This document shows, one piece after another, positions 1-9,441 of a stretch of DNA of 64,000 bases. This DNA comes from an uncultured Candidatus Saccharibacteria bacterium (lineage in GTDB: Bacteria; Patescibacteriota; CAZHWT01): positions 195 through 64,194 of the forward strand of contig CAZQWH010000004.1 of the NCBI GenBank assembly GCA_964597145.1. The letters run 5' to 3'. Position numbers and translations under genes: made by a program. A model generated the notes under the pieces. That model was not told the DNA's origin. It ran no database searches and saw nothing but the letters and a program-made list of their open reading frames with translations. How positions within the stretch are numbered: the first letter of the stretch is position 1; the number at the start of each line of letters is the position of its first letter.

Positions 1-10
1 CTACAAACAT

Positions 11-1162
11 ATGAAAATTTTACTAACAGGCGGTGGGTCAGGAGGACATATTTCTCCAGCATTGGCCGTAGCCGATATCTTGGGTCAAAACCCCGAGAAT
101 ACGTTGTTATTTGTTGGCGGTAGGCTAACCATGGAAGGAGCAACAGGACCCTCGATTGAAGAGCAGTTAGTAGTACCAACGGGTATCCCGTATAAATCTA
201 TTCACGCCGGTAAATTAGCGAGGGATCGGATTTCGCTAACCACAATTAGACGGCTATGGGGAGCGGTGCCGGGTCTCTTTGATGCCTATCGTGTCATTAG
301 AGAATTTAATCCAGATGTCGTATTTTCCAGCGGTGGATATGTATCATTGCCAGTAGTGTTAGCAGCGTGGCTACGGCGAATTCCAGTAGTAATTCATGAG
401 CAAACTGCTGGAGTGGGGCTTGCCAACTCAATTGCTGGCAGAGTGGCGACCAAAGTTGCCATCACTTTTCCTCAATCAGCCAAATATTTTTCTCCATCCA
501 AAACGGTTGTAACGGGAAATCCAATTCGATCGGAAATTCTACACCCACAACCTCTAGATTCCAGCTTTGGCCAGTGGTTGAAACAATCAGGACCGCCCAT
601 TATATATGTTACAGGTGGGGGATTGGGGTCCCACATCCTAAACGCCACCATCGAGTCGGTGCTTCCACAAATCCTGCAAGATTACCGAGTCATTCACCAG
701 TGCGGGGCGCATCAGCAGTTTAATGATTACGACCGCCTGTCTCTCGCTCAGCAAGCGTTGCCTCAAAAACTACAGTCTCGTTACTGGCCCAGTAAATACT
801 TTACTGCGGACGAAGTTGGTACGATTTATCGTCGGGCTGCCGCAGCCGTCGCTCGATCTGGGGCTAATACAGTCCTAGAGTTTGCTGCAGTTGGTCTTCC
901 AGCCATTTTTGTACCAATTCCTTGGGTGACTCATGATGAGCAGACCACAAATGCTCAGGTTCTGGCTCAGGTTGGATTGGCAATTATTGTGCCAGAGAAA
1001 GAGCTAACAGGCCCATACTTATTAGCTAAGCTGCCGACTGTACTTTTAGATAACACTAGCCCTCAAGCTAAGCAACAGGCGAAACAATTGGTGGTTGAAG
1101 ATGCTGCCAAGGTTATTGCCAATTTAGTCGTTAGCACCCGGCGACTGGTGCCCAAATCTTAA
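11..1162 (+). CDS. murG: MurG, undecaprenyl-PP-MurNAc-pentapeptide-UDP-GlcNAc GlcNAc transferase
   Basis: N-terminus MKILLTGGGSGGHISPALAVA (glycine-rich GT28/MurG motif); heads murG-ftsQ-ftsA-ftsZ cluster. Confidence 0.85.
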   Translation: MKILLTGGGSGGHISPALAVADILGQNPENTLLFVGGRLTMEGATGPSIEEQLVVPTGIPYKSIHAGKLARDRISLTTIRRLWGAVPGLFDAYRVIREFNPDVVFSSGGYVSLPVVLAAWLRRIPVVIHEQTAGVGLANSIAGRVATKVAITFPQSAKYFSPSKTVVTGNPIRSEILHPQPLDSSFGQWLKQSGPPIIYVTGGGLGSHILNATIESVLPQILQDYRVIHQCGAHQQFNDYDRLSLAQQALPQKLQSRYWPSKYFTADEVGTIYRRAAAAVARSGANTVLEFAAVGLPAIFVPIPWVTHDEQTTNAQVLAQVGLAIIVPEKELTGPYLLAKLPTVLLDNTSPQAKQQAKQLVVEDAAKVIANLVVSTRRLVPKS

Positions 1163-1184
1163 TCATACCAATCAAACTGCCTTC

Positions 1185-1970
1185 ATGAAGTTATTTGCCT
1201 CCAAAACTACCAACCAATTTGCTCCTCGGACAATCTCTCTTCCCAGCCATCATTCAAGGCATTCATGGCGGTGGTTATGGATTATACTCGGAGTAGGAGT
1301 GATTGCAGCCGTAGTCGTAGGCTGGCAATTAGTGCAGACAAAATTGTTTCAAATTGAAGAAATTAAGGTTGAGCAATTAGTTCAAGTTACGCCGCAGGTC
1401 GTGCCCAATGACCAATTGCAACGATTAGCCAGCGGTTTGCGCGGTGATTCGCTGCTCCTTTTAAACCAGCAACAGATAGTCGACAGCTGGCTAACACGCC
1501 TACCATCCTTAGAAGAACTGTATCTTAAAAAAGAGTTCCCCAATAGATTAATTATTCAATATATTCCTCGGGTAGCGTTTAGCCAATTAGTCTCACCCAC
1601 CAACACGTTTTTAGTCGATCGGGAAGGATTCATTTTTGCTAAAAATGAGACGGTTGACTATTTGCCCAAGGTGATAATAGATCAGGGTGATGTTACGGTG
1701 GGCAAGTCGACCTCGGCTAAAGGACTACGTTTGGCCCAGCACCTTATAGAAGGTCTGCGTAATACGAGTCCAAAGCTAGTCTCGATTTTGTTTCGCCATA
1801 ACTGGTTGGAGCTAACTATGTCGAGTGAGCCACGCATACTAGTTGGAGATGACAAATTACCAATGTCGACCATACAGGAGATTAGTGCACTATTTAGCAA
1901 ATTTGCCCAAGATAAGAACTACCCTAAAGAAGTCGATATGCGTTACGACCGGCCGATTCTACGGTATTAA
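1185..1970 (+). CDS. cell division protein FtsQ/DivIB-like (single TM + POTRA-like region)
   Basis: One N-proximal TM helix (WIILGVGVIAAVVVGW) then soluble region; positioned between murG and ftsA as in dcw clusters. Confidence 0.55.
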   Translation: MKLFASKTTNQFAPRTISLPSHHSRHSWRWLWIILGVGVIAAVVVGWQLVQTKLFQIEEIKVEQLVQVTPQVVPNDQLQRLASGLRGDSLLLLNQQQIVDSWLTRLPSLEELYLKKEFPNRLIIQYIPRVAFSQLVSPTNTFLVDREGFIFAKNETVDYLPKVIIDQGDVTVGKSTSAKGLRLAQHLIEGLRNTSPKLVSILFRHNWLELTMSSEPRILVGDDKLPMSTIQEISALFSKFAQDKNYPKEVDMRYDRPILRY

Positions 1971-2167
1971 AGCAACGATGCTCGAGAAGCAGTCTGAGGT
2001 AAAATCAAGTAAATTGTGGTCGAGCCATGGGTATCAATCAACATATTGTGTGTGCATTGTGGAGTGTAGATTATGGCCATGAAACCTGGTTACAATTGCC
2101 TGTTTTACTCTTGACGCTAGGGAAGCTGGCGTTGTATGCTAAGGAGCGTAAACGCTGCCCAGCTTGC

Positions 2168-2185
2168 TTGATAAAATTTTATCAA
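2168..2185. promoter_or_regulatory. 18-bp perfect palindrome TTGATAAAATTTTATCAA upstream of ftsA promoter
   Basis: Read directly: first half TTGATAAAA, second half is its reverse complement; sits 10 bp upstream of the -35 candidate. Confidence 0.5.
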
Positions 2186-2195
2186 AATAACCACG

Positions 2196-2223
2196 TTGCC
2201 GGCAGTGATGCGTAAGGTATAAT
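2196..2223 (+). promoter_or_regulatory. sigma70-like promoter candidate for ftsA (TTGCCG-N16-TATAAT)
   Basis: -35 TTGCCG 2196-2201, -10 TATAAT 2218-2223, ATG of ftsA 16 nt downstream. Confidence 0.45.
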
Positions 2224-2238
2224 CTTACATCATATGGT

Positions 2239-3519
2239 ATGGCCAAAGATCGTATAATTTCTGGAATCGACATCGGCTCCTCTAAAGTCTGCACTATCAT
2301 CGCATCCCAAAATGCCGATGGCCCCCTCTCCATTATTGGAGTTTCAACTGTTGCCTCAAAAGGATTAAAAAAAGGTGTCGTAGTAGACATTGACCAAGCA
2401 GTTGAGTCCATCGCTGAATCCTTAGAAGGTGCCGAACGTATGGCCGGGTATACTGTTTCGTCGGCTTTTGTCACTGTTAATGGCAATCATATCGCTTCAT
2501 TAAATTCTCATGGAGTTGTTGCAATTTCCTCTCCCGAGGGTGAAATTAGCCAAAATGACATTTCTAGGGTAACAGAAGCTGCTCGAGCTATTTCTATCCC
2601 ATCTTCACGGGAGATAATCCATGTAGTCCCCAAAAATTTCATTGTTGATACCCAGGAAGGCGTGCATGATCCAGCTGGGATGAGTGGGGTGCGGTTAGAA
2701 GTAGAAACCCATATCATCTCCGGTGCAGCTATGACCATGCGCAATCTTGTCCGTTGTGTGCAGCAAGTTGGCGTGGAAGTGGCAGAGCTGGTTTTTGCCG
2801 GCCTGGCTAGCGCCGAAGCCACTTTAACTGACACCGAAAAAGAGTTGGGAGTTGTATTGTTGGATATTGGTGGAGGAACAACCAACTTAGCACTCTATCT
2901 TGATGGAGCGGTAGCTTATTCAGCCGTTTTAGCCGTAGGTGGTAAAAATATTACTAATGATATTGCTATTGGCTTACGCGTTTCATTAGAAGATGCAGAA
3001 AAGATTAAGTTATTCATATCAAATTACAAAGAGCCAACTAAGCCTGCTTCAACCGAAGAGAAAACAGGCAAACAGGCGCGGGAAGAGGCAATGAAAGAAG
3101 ATACTCTAGATATTAGTGATTTAAAAATTAATGATTTAAAGACAATTTCTCGAAAATTTGTTGTCGAAGGGATTATTAGGCCTCGCTTACGCGAAATATT
3201 TGACTTAGTCGCTTTGGAAATTAAGAAAAGTGGATATGCCGGCTTACTACCAGCCGGTGTCGTGTTGTGTGGTGGGGCAGCCAGCACGGTGGGAATGTCT
3301 GAAACTATCCGCGACAGCCTCCGTGTCCCTGTCCGAATTGCCACTCCGAAAGGAGCAACCGGGCTAATTGAAGAAGTTACCTCGCCTGCGTATGCTGCAT
3401 CCGTTGGGACAATTATCCATGGCGTCAGAGTTGGTGGCGAAACCCGTCGGCCTATGAGCATTGGGGTGGGGGGTGTGGGTAACCGGTTCCTAAGCTGGAT
3501 TAAAAACTTCATGCCGTAA
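2239..3519 (+). CDS. ftsA: cell division protein FtsA (actin-like ATPase)
   Basis: MAKDRIISGIDIGSSKVCTIIAS N-terminal phosphate-1 motif, LDIGGGTTN phosphate-2 motif; dcw context. Confidence 0.9.
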   Translation: MAKDRIISGIDIGSSKVCTIIASQNADGPLSIIGVSTVASKGLKKGVVVDIDQAVESIAESLEGAERMAGYTVSSAFVTVNGNHIASLNSHGVVAISSPEGEISQNDISRVTEAARAISIPSSREIIHVVPKNFIVDTQEGVHDPAGMSGVRLEVETHIISGAAMTMRNLVRCVQQVGVEVAELVFAGLASAEATLTDTEKELGVVLLDIGGGTTNLALYLDGAVAYSAVLAVGGKNITNDIAIGLRVSLEDAEKIKLFISNYKEPTKPASTEEKTGKQAREEAMKEDTLDISDLKINDLKTISRKFVVEGIIRPRLREIFDLVALEIKKSGYAGLLPAGVVLCGGAASTVGMSETIRDSLRVPVRIATPKGATGLIEEVTSPAYAASVGTIIHGVRVGGETRRPMSIGVGGVGNRFLSWIKNFMP

Positions 3520-3557
3520 ACTTGTGGGGTGGTGATTTGAATATTGGCTAATAAAAG

Positions 3558-3585
3558 AGGCGCTCCGATTAATATCGAAGCGCCT
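3558..3585. terminator. hairpin terminator between convergent ftsA and minus-strand ORF
   Basis: AGGCGCTCCGAT-TAAT-ATCGAAGCGCCT stem-loop; T-tract on minus strand side (CTTTTATTAG). Confidence 0.5.
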
Positions 3586-3606
3586 TGCCGCTGGACAACG
3601 CTCAGC

Positions 3607-3927
3607 TTAGAGCGGGATGAGGTTGCCCTCAAGACGCTGCTGCATCAGCCAGTCCTCTCTAACACTCCAGGAGGAATACAGTAGTGGTTCGAACGCGGCG
3701 GGTACTGGATGATTGTATATGAGCAAGATGTGCTCGAGCTCAAACACGTACCTATCTCGACCCGACTCAGACAAGTTGGTACTCAGCCAGCGGAATCCAC
3801 CGATCTCAAACCAGACTTGAGGGGCGTGGCGAGGGTTGCCATGATTAGCCCAGGCCCATTTGGATCCGACGCTAAATATCTCGTACACCTTTTCTGTTTC
3901 CTGGGGTGCATCGGTCGTGATGACCAT
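3607..3927 (-). CDS. hypothetical protein (106 aa), convergent to ftsA
   Basis: AGGAG-like RBS 8 nt upstream of ATG on minus strand; own terminator; no family recognised by eye. Confidence 0.4.
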   Translation of the reverse strand: MVITTDAPQETEKVYEIFSVGSKWAWANHGNPRHAPQVWFEIGGFRWLSTNLSESGRDRYVFELEHILLIYNHPVPAAFEPLLYSSWSVREDWLMQQRLEGNLIPL

Positions 3928-4048
3928 GGCGCTTTCTCCTATCTATCTAGGTCTAGTGTCTCATCAATCTTATACAGCACTACTTCAATAGTTGTCAAAA
4001 GGACGTGTATAATAGATATCAGGCAAGGATTGCCTATGAGTTTAGAAT

Positions 4049-5401
4049 TTGCCCTTCACTACTATGTACTACTCCGTTAACCAGCCGCCTCCGACCATTT
4101 CGCAACAGTCTACATCATCTTCATCTCCTGATCTTCGGCCAGTGGTACGACAAAAAAAGCGTCGTCTATATATTTTTATGGCGGTTAGTGCTGTGGCAAT
4201 TTTAGCCGGTGGCACATGGTGGTACAGTAAGATGCAAGCCACCTTCTCCCAATCCAAGCCCAAAGTAATCAAACCAACGCCAGTAGTTGCAAGTGAATCA
4301 AAGCCAGAGGTGGCCGGGGCTAGCTTTGGCGACCTGCTAAACCAGCAGCGTAGCTATGTCGGCTGGATTGCCGGGATAACAGATGGAAGTATTGCGGTTA
4401 TGAATCCGCAAAGCGGCGAAATTAACATGCTAACTCAGGCCGAAGGCCAGTGGTTTGGCCCCATATCGACACTAGCTTGGTCTCCAGACCGCACCAAGGT
4501 AGCTTACTTGATATTACCCAATGAAGTAGCCCAAGGCTTTAACGCTAATCCTCAAGCCCAAGCTCAGAAGATGGGACTGGATGCCGTGCCATCGCCGCAA
4601 ACTTTTCCCTTTGGTAGGGCAGTCATTTTAGATATTAATACCAAGCAACTACAGCCAACAAACATGGAGGTACGTAATACACCTAAGAGTATAATTTGGC
4701 TAGATGATAATCGCATTGCAGCCATTACTACGAGCCTATCGATATATAATCTAACCGAGCACCAGGCTACTGCTGTAACTGGTGCAGGAATAACCGATAC
4801 AGAGAGTCAGCTTCAATCACCCTTAGTCTGGGATCAAACATCCGAAACGATCTATTTTACCAAGGTCAAAAAAAATGGGGGCCAGGGCGCACGAGTAGCA
4901 GTCCGAGTTTCACTTCGAGATAATGCAGTCAAAGAACTAACTATGTTGCGTGCGGGTAAATACGAGGATGTATCGGCCAGCCGTAGTATTGGTATGGCTT
5001 TGGATTCGGCCGCCGATCGATTAGCTTTTGTTGGTCAAAATGGCATGGCTTATTTCAGCCTATCCGATGGCGGGATGTATACGTTACCACCCCAAGACGA
5101 CTGGCTATGGTTAAAAGATTCTATTATTTCAAATGTCGAGTGGCTTTCTCCGTCGAGAATTGCTTTTGTGAGTATGGCAACCGATGGAACTAAGGTCTGG
5201 GTAGTTTGGGACATCCCCCAGGCTAAGCTGCAAACCTTCGGTCGGGGATCTGATGCTGGAAGCTGGGATAAAGCCAGTGGTCGGTTAGCATTAGTCCAGG
5301 CAAAAACCAGAAAGGTGAATATTCTTACACCGAATTGGCAAGATCCGCTTCAGTCAACCCTAGAAGCGCTTGACTTGCCATGGCAAAGCCTAAATTGGTA
5401 A
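4049..5401 (+). CDS. membrane-anchored hypothetical protein, possible TolB/PD40-like beta-propeller repeats
   Basis: Basic stretch then TM helix (MAVSAVAILAGGTWWY); repeated WSPD/W..D..S..I.F motifs suggest beta-propeller; inserted between ftsA and ftsZ. Confidence 0.4.
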   Translation: MPFTTMYYSVNQPPPTISQQSTSSSSPDLRPVVRQKKRRLYIFMAVSAVAILAGGTWWYSKMQATFSQSKPKVIKPTPVVASESKPEVAGASFGDLLNQQRSYVGWIAGITDGSIAVMNPQSGEINMLTQAEGQWFGPISTLAWSPDRTKVAYLILPNEVAQGFNANPQAQAQKMGLDAVPSPQTFPFGRAVILDINTKQLQPTNMEVRNTPKSIIWLDDNRIAAITTSLSIYNLTEHQATAVTGAGITDTESQLQSPLVWDQTSETIYFTKVKKNGGQGARVAVRVSLRDNAVKELTMLRAGKYEDVSASRSIGMALDSAADRLAFVGQNGMAYFSLSDGGMYTLPPQDDWLWLKDSIISNVEWLSPSRIAFVSMATDGTKVWVVWDIPQAKLQTFGRGSDAGSWDKASGRLALVQAKTRKVNILTPNWQDPLQSTLEALDLPWQSLNW

Positions 5402-5555
5402 AAGTAGGTATTGCTGGAATAATTCTAGACAGTGTACAATGCTCCTATCTGTGGTATTATGCATGGCGATGACCTAGATTTATACTTGGTGATAAAGGGT
5501 ATATATGATAGGATTATATTTTGAAATCCTGACTGCCTAGAAAGAGTTAATTTTC

Positions 5556-6692
5556 ATGTTAGTAAAACCCGAAATCGAAAAGTTTGCCAAAATAAAAGTT
5601 GTCGGTGTTGGCGGCGGCGGTGGCAATGCCTTAAAGTCGATGATTGACTTACAAAATATCCAAGGCGTTGAGTTCGTAGCGGTAAACACTGATGCTCAAG
5701 CGCTAGCCTCATCACCAGCTCCAATTAAAATTCAAATTGGTGAACAATCGACGAAAGGTCTAGGGTCAGGCGGCATGCCGGATGTTGGCCAGGCCGCAGC
5801 TGAAGAGTCAAGCGAAAAGCTACACGAATATTTGGGTGACTCAGATATGGTATTTATTACAGCTGGCATGGGCGGTGGAACGGGTACCGGTGCAGCGCCA
5901 GTTATTGCTCAGATCGCTAAGAATCTAGGAGCATTAACCGTTGGTGTAGTCACTAAGCCGTTTAATTTCGAGGGGGCCAAGCGTCGAGTAAATGCCGAGG
6001 AAGGTATCGCCAATCTCCGTGATGCGGTCGATACTCTAATCACTATCCCAAATCAGCGGCTACTTGATATTATCGATCGTAAGACGCCATTACTCGAAGC
6101 CTTTAAGGTGGCTGACTCGGTCTTAGGTCAAGGTGTCCAAGGCATCTCCGATCTAGTAGTTATGCCTGGCCTAATTAATGTTGACTTTGCCGATGTTCGT
6201 TCAGTAATGACCGATGCCGGCTCAGCCTTAATGGGTATTGGTCGCGGCGCTGGTGAAGATCGGGCCATTACAGCCGCCAAAGCAGCTATCGAGAGCCCTC
6301 TCTTAGAGGTCTCAATTCAGGGGGCTAAAGGGGTGCTGTTTAATGTAACCGGCGGATCCGACTTAGCTATGGCCGAGGTTGATGCTGCGGCTCAGATTAT
6401 TGCCGCTGCAGCCGATCCCGATGCCAACATCATCTTTGGTGCTACTATCGACGAAAACCTAACCGATTCAATGAAGATTACGGTTATTGCGACTGGGTTT
6501 GATGAAACACGGTCTCGTTTGATTGAGTCTACAGCTATGCATCCGCAAGCTCAGCCAACTGAACCAACTCCAACCGAAGCCGAAGAAGAGCCTGGTCAAT
6601 CCGAGCAACCAGCTCCGCGTCAGTTCCCTGTGCCAAATAAGGGCGACCAGGATGATTTCGACATTCCGGCCTTTATGCGTCAGAATCGATAA
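5556..6692 (+). CDS. ftsZ: cell division GTPase FtsZ
   Basis: Tubulin signature [24 protein letters not shown]-terminal glycine loop; acidic/proline-rich C-terminal linker. Confidence 0.95.
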   Translation: MLVKPEIEKFAKIKVVGVGGGGGNALKSMIDLQNIQGVEFVAVNTDAQALASSPAPIKIQIGEQSTKGLGSGGMPDVGQAAAEESSEKLHEYLGDSDMVFITAGMGGGTGTGAAPVIAQIAKNLGALTVGVVTKPFNFEGAKRRVNAEEGIANLRDAVDTLITIPNQRLLDIIDRKTPLLEAFKVADSVLGQGVQGISDLVVMPGLINVDFADVRSVMTDAGSALMGIGRGAGEDRAITAAKAAIESPLLEVSIQGAKGVLFNVTGGSDLAMAEVDAAAQIIAAAADPDANIIFGATIDENLTDSMKITVIATGFDETRSRLIESTAMHPQAQPTEPTPTEAEEEPGQSEQPAPRQFPVPNKGDQDDFDIPAFMRQNR

Positions 6693-6781
6693 GTTTAAGG
6701 GTCACTGCTCCTTAGAATGCTCTTACTCTTGGCTGATACTATGCAAACAACCAAGAATGTTAAAAACAGGTATGCTATTAC

Positions 6782-7204
6782 ATGATTAACTGGATATCCA
6801 AGAATATTCTCTACCTAGTTTGGGGTCAGGCATTGCTTGCCACGTTGGGCAGTTTGTACTTTAGTGAGGTAGAGATGTTCTTGCCGTGTATGCTCTGTTG
6901 GTACCAACGAATCGCTATGTACCCGCTAGCCGTTTTACTTCCAGTCGGCATTCTGACTCAAGATAAACAAATTTGGAAATACGTTTTAGCCCTAGCTATT
7001 CCGGGTTGGGTTATTTCTATATATCATAATCTGCTTTACTATCAAATCTTACCCGAATCAGAACAAACGTGCCGTGCGGGCGTATCTTGTACGACTAAGT
7101 TTATTGAGTGGTTCGGCTTTGTTACGATTCCGCTCCTGTCTTTTACGGCTTTCAGTCTCATAATTGCTGGAGTACTTTTATATAGGAGAAATATACATGA
7201 CTAA
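6782..7204 (+). CDS. disulfide bond formation protein B-like (DsbB/BdbC family)
   Basis: 4-TM protein with CMLC motif in first periplasmic loop and second Cys pair (CRAGVSC). Confidence 0.65.
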   Translation: MINWISKNILYLVWGQALLATLGSLYFSEVEMFLPCMLCWYQRIAMYPLAVLLPVGILTQDKQIWKYVLALAIPGWVISIYHNLLYYQILPESEQTCRAGVSCTTKFIEWFGFVTIPLLSFTAFSLIIAGVLLYRRNIHD

Positions 7205-7886
7205 AGAACTAAAGCAATTACTAATTATTGGTGGGGTTATTGTGGCAGTAGTCGCAGTTTTAATTGTGGTATCTCAATATAAGTCAGCCAATAAACCAGT
7301 GGCTACCGAGGCATTATTACGAAGTGATAGCCATGCAGCTGGTCCTGAAGATGCTCCGGTAACCTTAGTTGAGTTTGGCGATTTCCAATGTCCAGCCTGT
7401 GCTTCAGCCGAGCCAATGGTTAAACAGCTACGAACGGAATTTGCTGATAATTTGCGGTTTGTCTTCCGTAACTTTCCTCTAGTTAGCCTTCACCCTAATG
7501 CAACCCGGGCTGCGGAAGCGGCCGAAGCAGCGGCCGAGCAAGGAAAATTCTGGGAAATGCACGATTTGCTCTATGAGCAACAGACTGTTTGGGCTGGAAT
7601 GTCAAATCCCTCGGAGCAGTTTAAAGCCTATGCTAAGCAGCTTGGACTGGATGAGTCTAAGTTTGCTCAAGACTCATCAGATGCTGAAGTAACGGGACGA
7701 GTCAGCCGAGACTTTTCAGATGGTGGAGTACTAGGGGTTAATGCCACACCGACTTTTTATATAAACGGACAGAAGGTTGAGAACGCGACGTACGACGCCA
7801 TGAAGCAGCAAATCGAAGATATCATTGCCCGTAGCAAAACGGATCAGTCGCAAGAAGCCACCCCGTCGGCCACTCCTGCCCCATAA
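7198..7886 (+). CDS. membrane-anchored thioredoxin-fold thiol:disulfide oxidoreductase (DsbA/BdbD-like)
   Basis: N-terminal TM helix, FGDFQCPACASAEP CxxC active site; GGAG RBS before ATG at 7198 (track ORF starts earlier at 7164). Confidence 0.65.
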
Positions 7887-8223
7887 TTTCAATAAACCTC
7901 TGCAGAAACCAGAAGTCCACACACCCTCATCCATTTCCGACCTGTCTTAGACTGTGAGTGCCAGTCGAATCGGATCAGGAATCTATACCGTAAAAAAATA
8001 AATTCGAAATTCTAAACTTGAAATTCTAAACAAAGCCAAAGCTCTAAATCATAAATCCTAAACCCCACACGTCAAGCACCAAGCAATTCGTCAGAAGTTA
8101 ACACCTAACACCCCAAACCCAACCCCTCAAAAAACGTATAGACGCCCGTATATACGTTTGCTATTTTAACTCAGATAATTAACCAAAGGATGGTAGGTAG
8201 GGTGAAAGGGGAAATAGAAGACA

Positions 8224-8251
8224 GAATGCGGAATGCGGGATACGGAATGCA
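8224..8251. repeat. heptanucleotide tandem repeat (GAATGCG-like x4)
   Basis: gaatgcg gaatgcg ggatacg gaatgca read directly. Confidence 0.7.
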
Positions 8252-8371
8252 GAAGACAAAAGACAGAAGACCGAACTGCGGGATGATTAAATACAAAATT
8301 CGAAATGAGAAACAAATCTCAAGCTCGAAATCACAAATACCAACCCAATAACCAACCTCCGCCCCCCATCT

Positions 8372-8405
8372 ACGAAATACGATATACGAAATACGATATA
8401 CGATC
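8372..8405. repeat. 14-bp tandem repeat (ACGAAATACGATAT x2.4)
   Basis: acgaaatacgatat acgaaatacgatat acgatc read directly. Confidence 0.7.
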
Positions 8406-8418
8406 TACAACCCCTCCC

Positions 8419-8520
8419 CGTCATCGCGAGGCTTCGCCGTGGCGATCTACCCCGATTAAATCGGAGTCTACTAGATCCCACCAAGATTGCCGCAGTCGTT
8501 CCCACTCCTTCGCAATGACG
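8419..8520. repeat. MITE-like palindromic element with CGTCATCGCG / CGCAATGACG inverted termini
   Basis: Left end ccgtcatcgcgagg, right end cgcaatgacg (reverse complement cgtcattgcg); internal hairpins; same terminal motif as elements at 8645, 58201, 60585, 62428. Confidence 0.5.
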
Positions 8521-8530
8521 TATACTACCG

Positions 8531-8565
8531 CATCCAGCATCCAGCATCCAGCATCCAGCATCCCG
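8531..8565. repeat. heptanucleotide microsatellite (CATCCAG)x4 + degenerate unit
   Basis: catccagcatccagcatccagcatccagcatcccg read directly. Confidence 0.8.
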
Positions 8566-8644
8566 CGTCCCGTATCCCAACACCCTGCCCCATGCCTTCT
8601 TGTCCGACGGCTGGGGATTGGAAATAGCGAAGCTTGTATTTTTC

Positions 8645-8730
8645 GTCATTCCGACCAATGTGGGGGAATCTTCTCATACTGGAGTAGCGATCCGGCTAAA
8701 AGGTCTCTCCATTTCAGTCGAGATGACAGC
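8645..8730. repeat. second MITE-like element (CGTCATTCCGACC ... GAGATGACAG)
   Basis: cgtcattccgaccaatgtgggggaat hairpin start and ..cgagatgacagc end; weaker terminal inverted repeat (gtcat/atgac). Confidence 0.35.
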
Positions 8731-8829
8731 GCTTATTAAAATCGCAAGTCAGAAACAAATTAGAAGTAGTAAAAACAAAACCTAAAACCAGAAATACAAT
8801 CTACGCACCCCATACCGCCTCTACATTGC

Positions 8830-8859
8830 TTGACCAAGTCCAGCCTATTCCCGTATATT
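8830..8859 (+). promoter_or_regulatory. sigma70-like promoter TTGACC-N18-TATATT, predicted leaderless dcd transcript
   Basis: -35 8830-8835, -10 8854-8859; dcd ATG at 8866 lies about 7 nt downstream of -10, no SD. Confidence 0.5.
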
Positions 8860-8865
8860 TACTAC

Positions 8866-9441
8866 ATGGTCTTATCTGATCGAGACATTCAAGCCGCCCT
8901 AAATGATGGCCGTATTAAAGTTTCGCCGGCCTTAGATTTATCTGAGCAGTTAGGATCATGCTCACTCGACTTTAGGCTGGGTAATAAATTTAGAGTCTTT
9001 GCCCATACCAAATATCCATTTATCGCGCCCCATAATCCCAAATTAATGGAAGAGATTATGGAAGAGATAGCGATTCCTGACGGTGACAGCTTTATTATGC
9101 GACCAGGGGAATTTGTCCTAGCTCACACTATTGAACATTTAACCCTGCCCGATAATTTACTTGGTCGAATAGAGGGAAGAAGTAGTTTGGGCAGAATTGG
9201 GATAATTGTACATGGTACGGCCTCTGTCTTTGATCCAGGTTGGATTGGTGTGCCGGTATTAGAGCTTGGAAATTTAGGCATGATGCCGGTTGCTCTTAAG
9301 CCTGGTATGAAAATATGCTCCTTCACCTTTGAGGAGCTGACTTCGAACGCCGAAATACCCTATCATAAAAAGAAGTCTGCCAAATACGTTAATCAGGCTG
9401 GTCCCGACTCTAGTCGTTACGCTCAAGAATTTGGTAAATGA
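8866..9441 (+). CDS. dcd: dCTP deaminase
   Basis: MVLSDRDIQAALNDGRIKVSP N-terminus and dUTPase-like beta fold motifs (GRSSLGRIGI); start chosen at ATG 8866 rather than upstream TTG of track ORF. Confidence 0.85.
   Translation: MVLSDRDIQAALNDGRIKVSPALDLSEQLGSCSLDFRLGNKFRVFAHTKYPFIAPHNPKLMEEIMEEIAIPDGDSFIMRPGEFVLAHTIEHLTLPDNLLGRIEGRSSLGRIGIIVHGTASVFDPGWIGVPVLELGNLGMMPVALKPGMKICSFTFEELTSNAEIPYHKKKSAKYVNQAGPDSSRYAQEFGK

Noticed and set aside
1843-2215. Small plus-strand ORFs 1843-2082 and 2027-2215 between ftsQ and ftsA
   Set aside because: They overlap the ftsQ 3' end and the ftsA promoter region and are Cys/Trp-rich with no RBS. The region is better explained as regulatory (palindrome plus promoter).
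2508-3632. Antisense ORFs inside ftsA (2508-2885 minus, 3024-3632 minus) and similar ORFs inside ileS, dnaE, atpA/D/G, HK, rplS
   Set aside because: They lie opposite strongly supported conserved genes and have compositionally biased translations (Ser/Thr/Pro/Arg-rich). They are typical spurious antisense frames.
8287-8739. Track ORFs 8287-8658 (minus) and 8305-8739 (plus) inside the repeat-rich spacer
   Set aside because: Their translations are low-complexity products of the microsatellites, e.g. ASSIQHPASSIP from (CATCCAG)n and TKYDIRST from the 14-bp repeat. There are no RBS signals and the sequence overlaps MITE-like elements, so they are judged non-coding.
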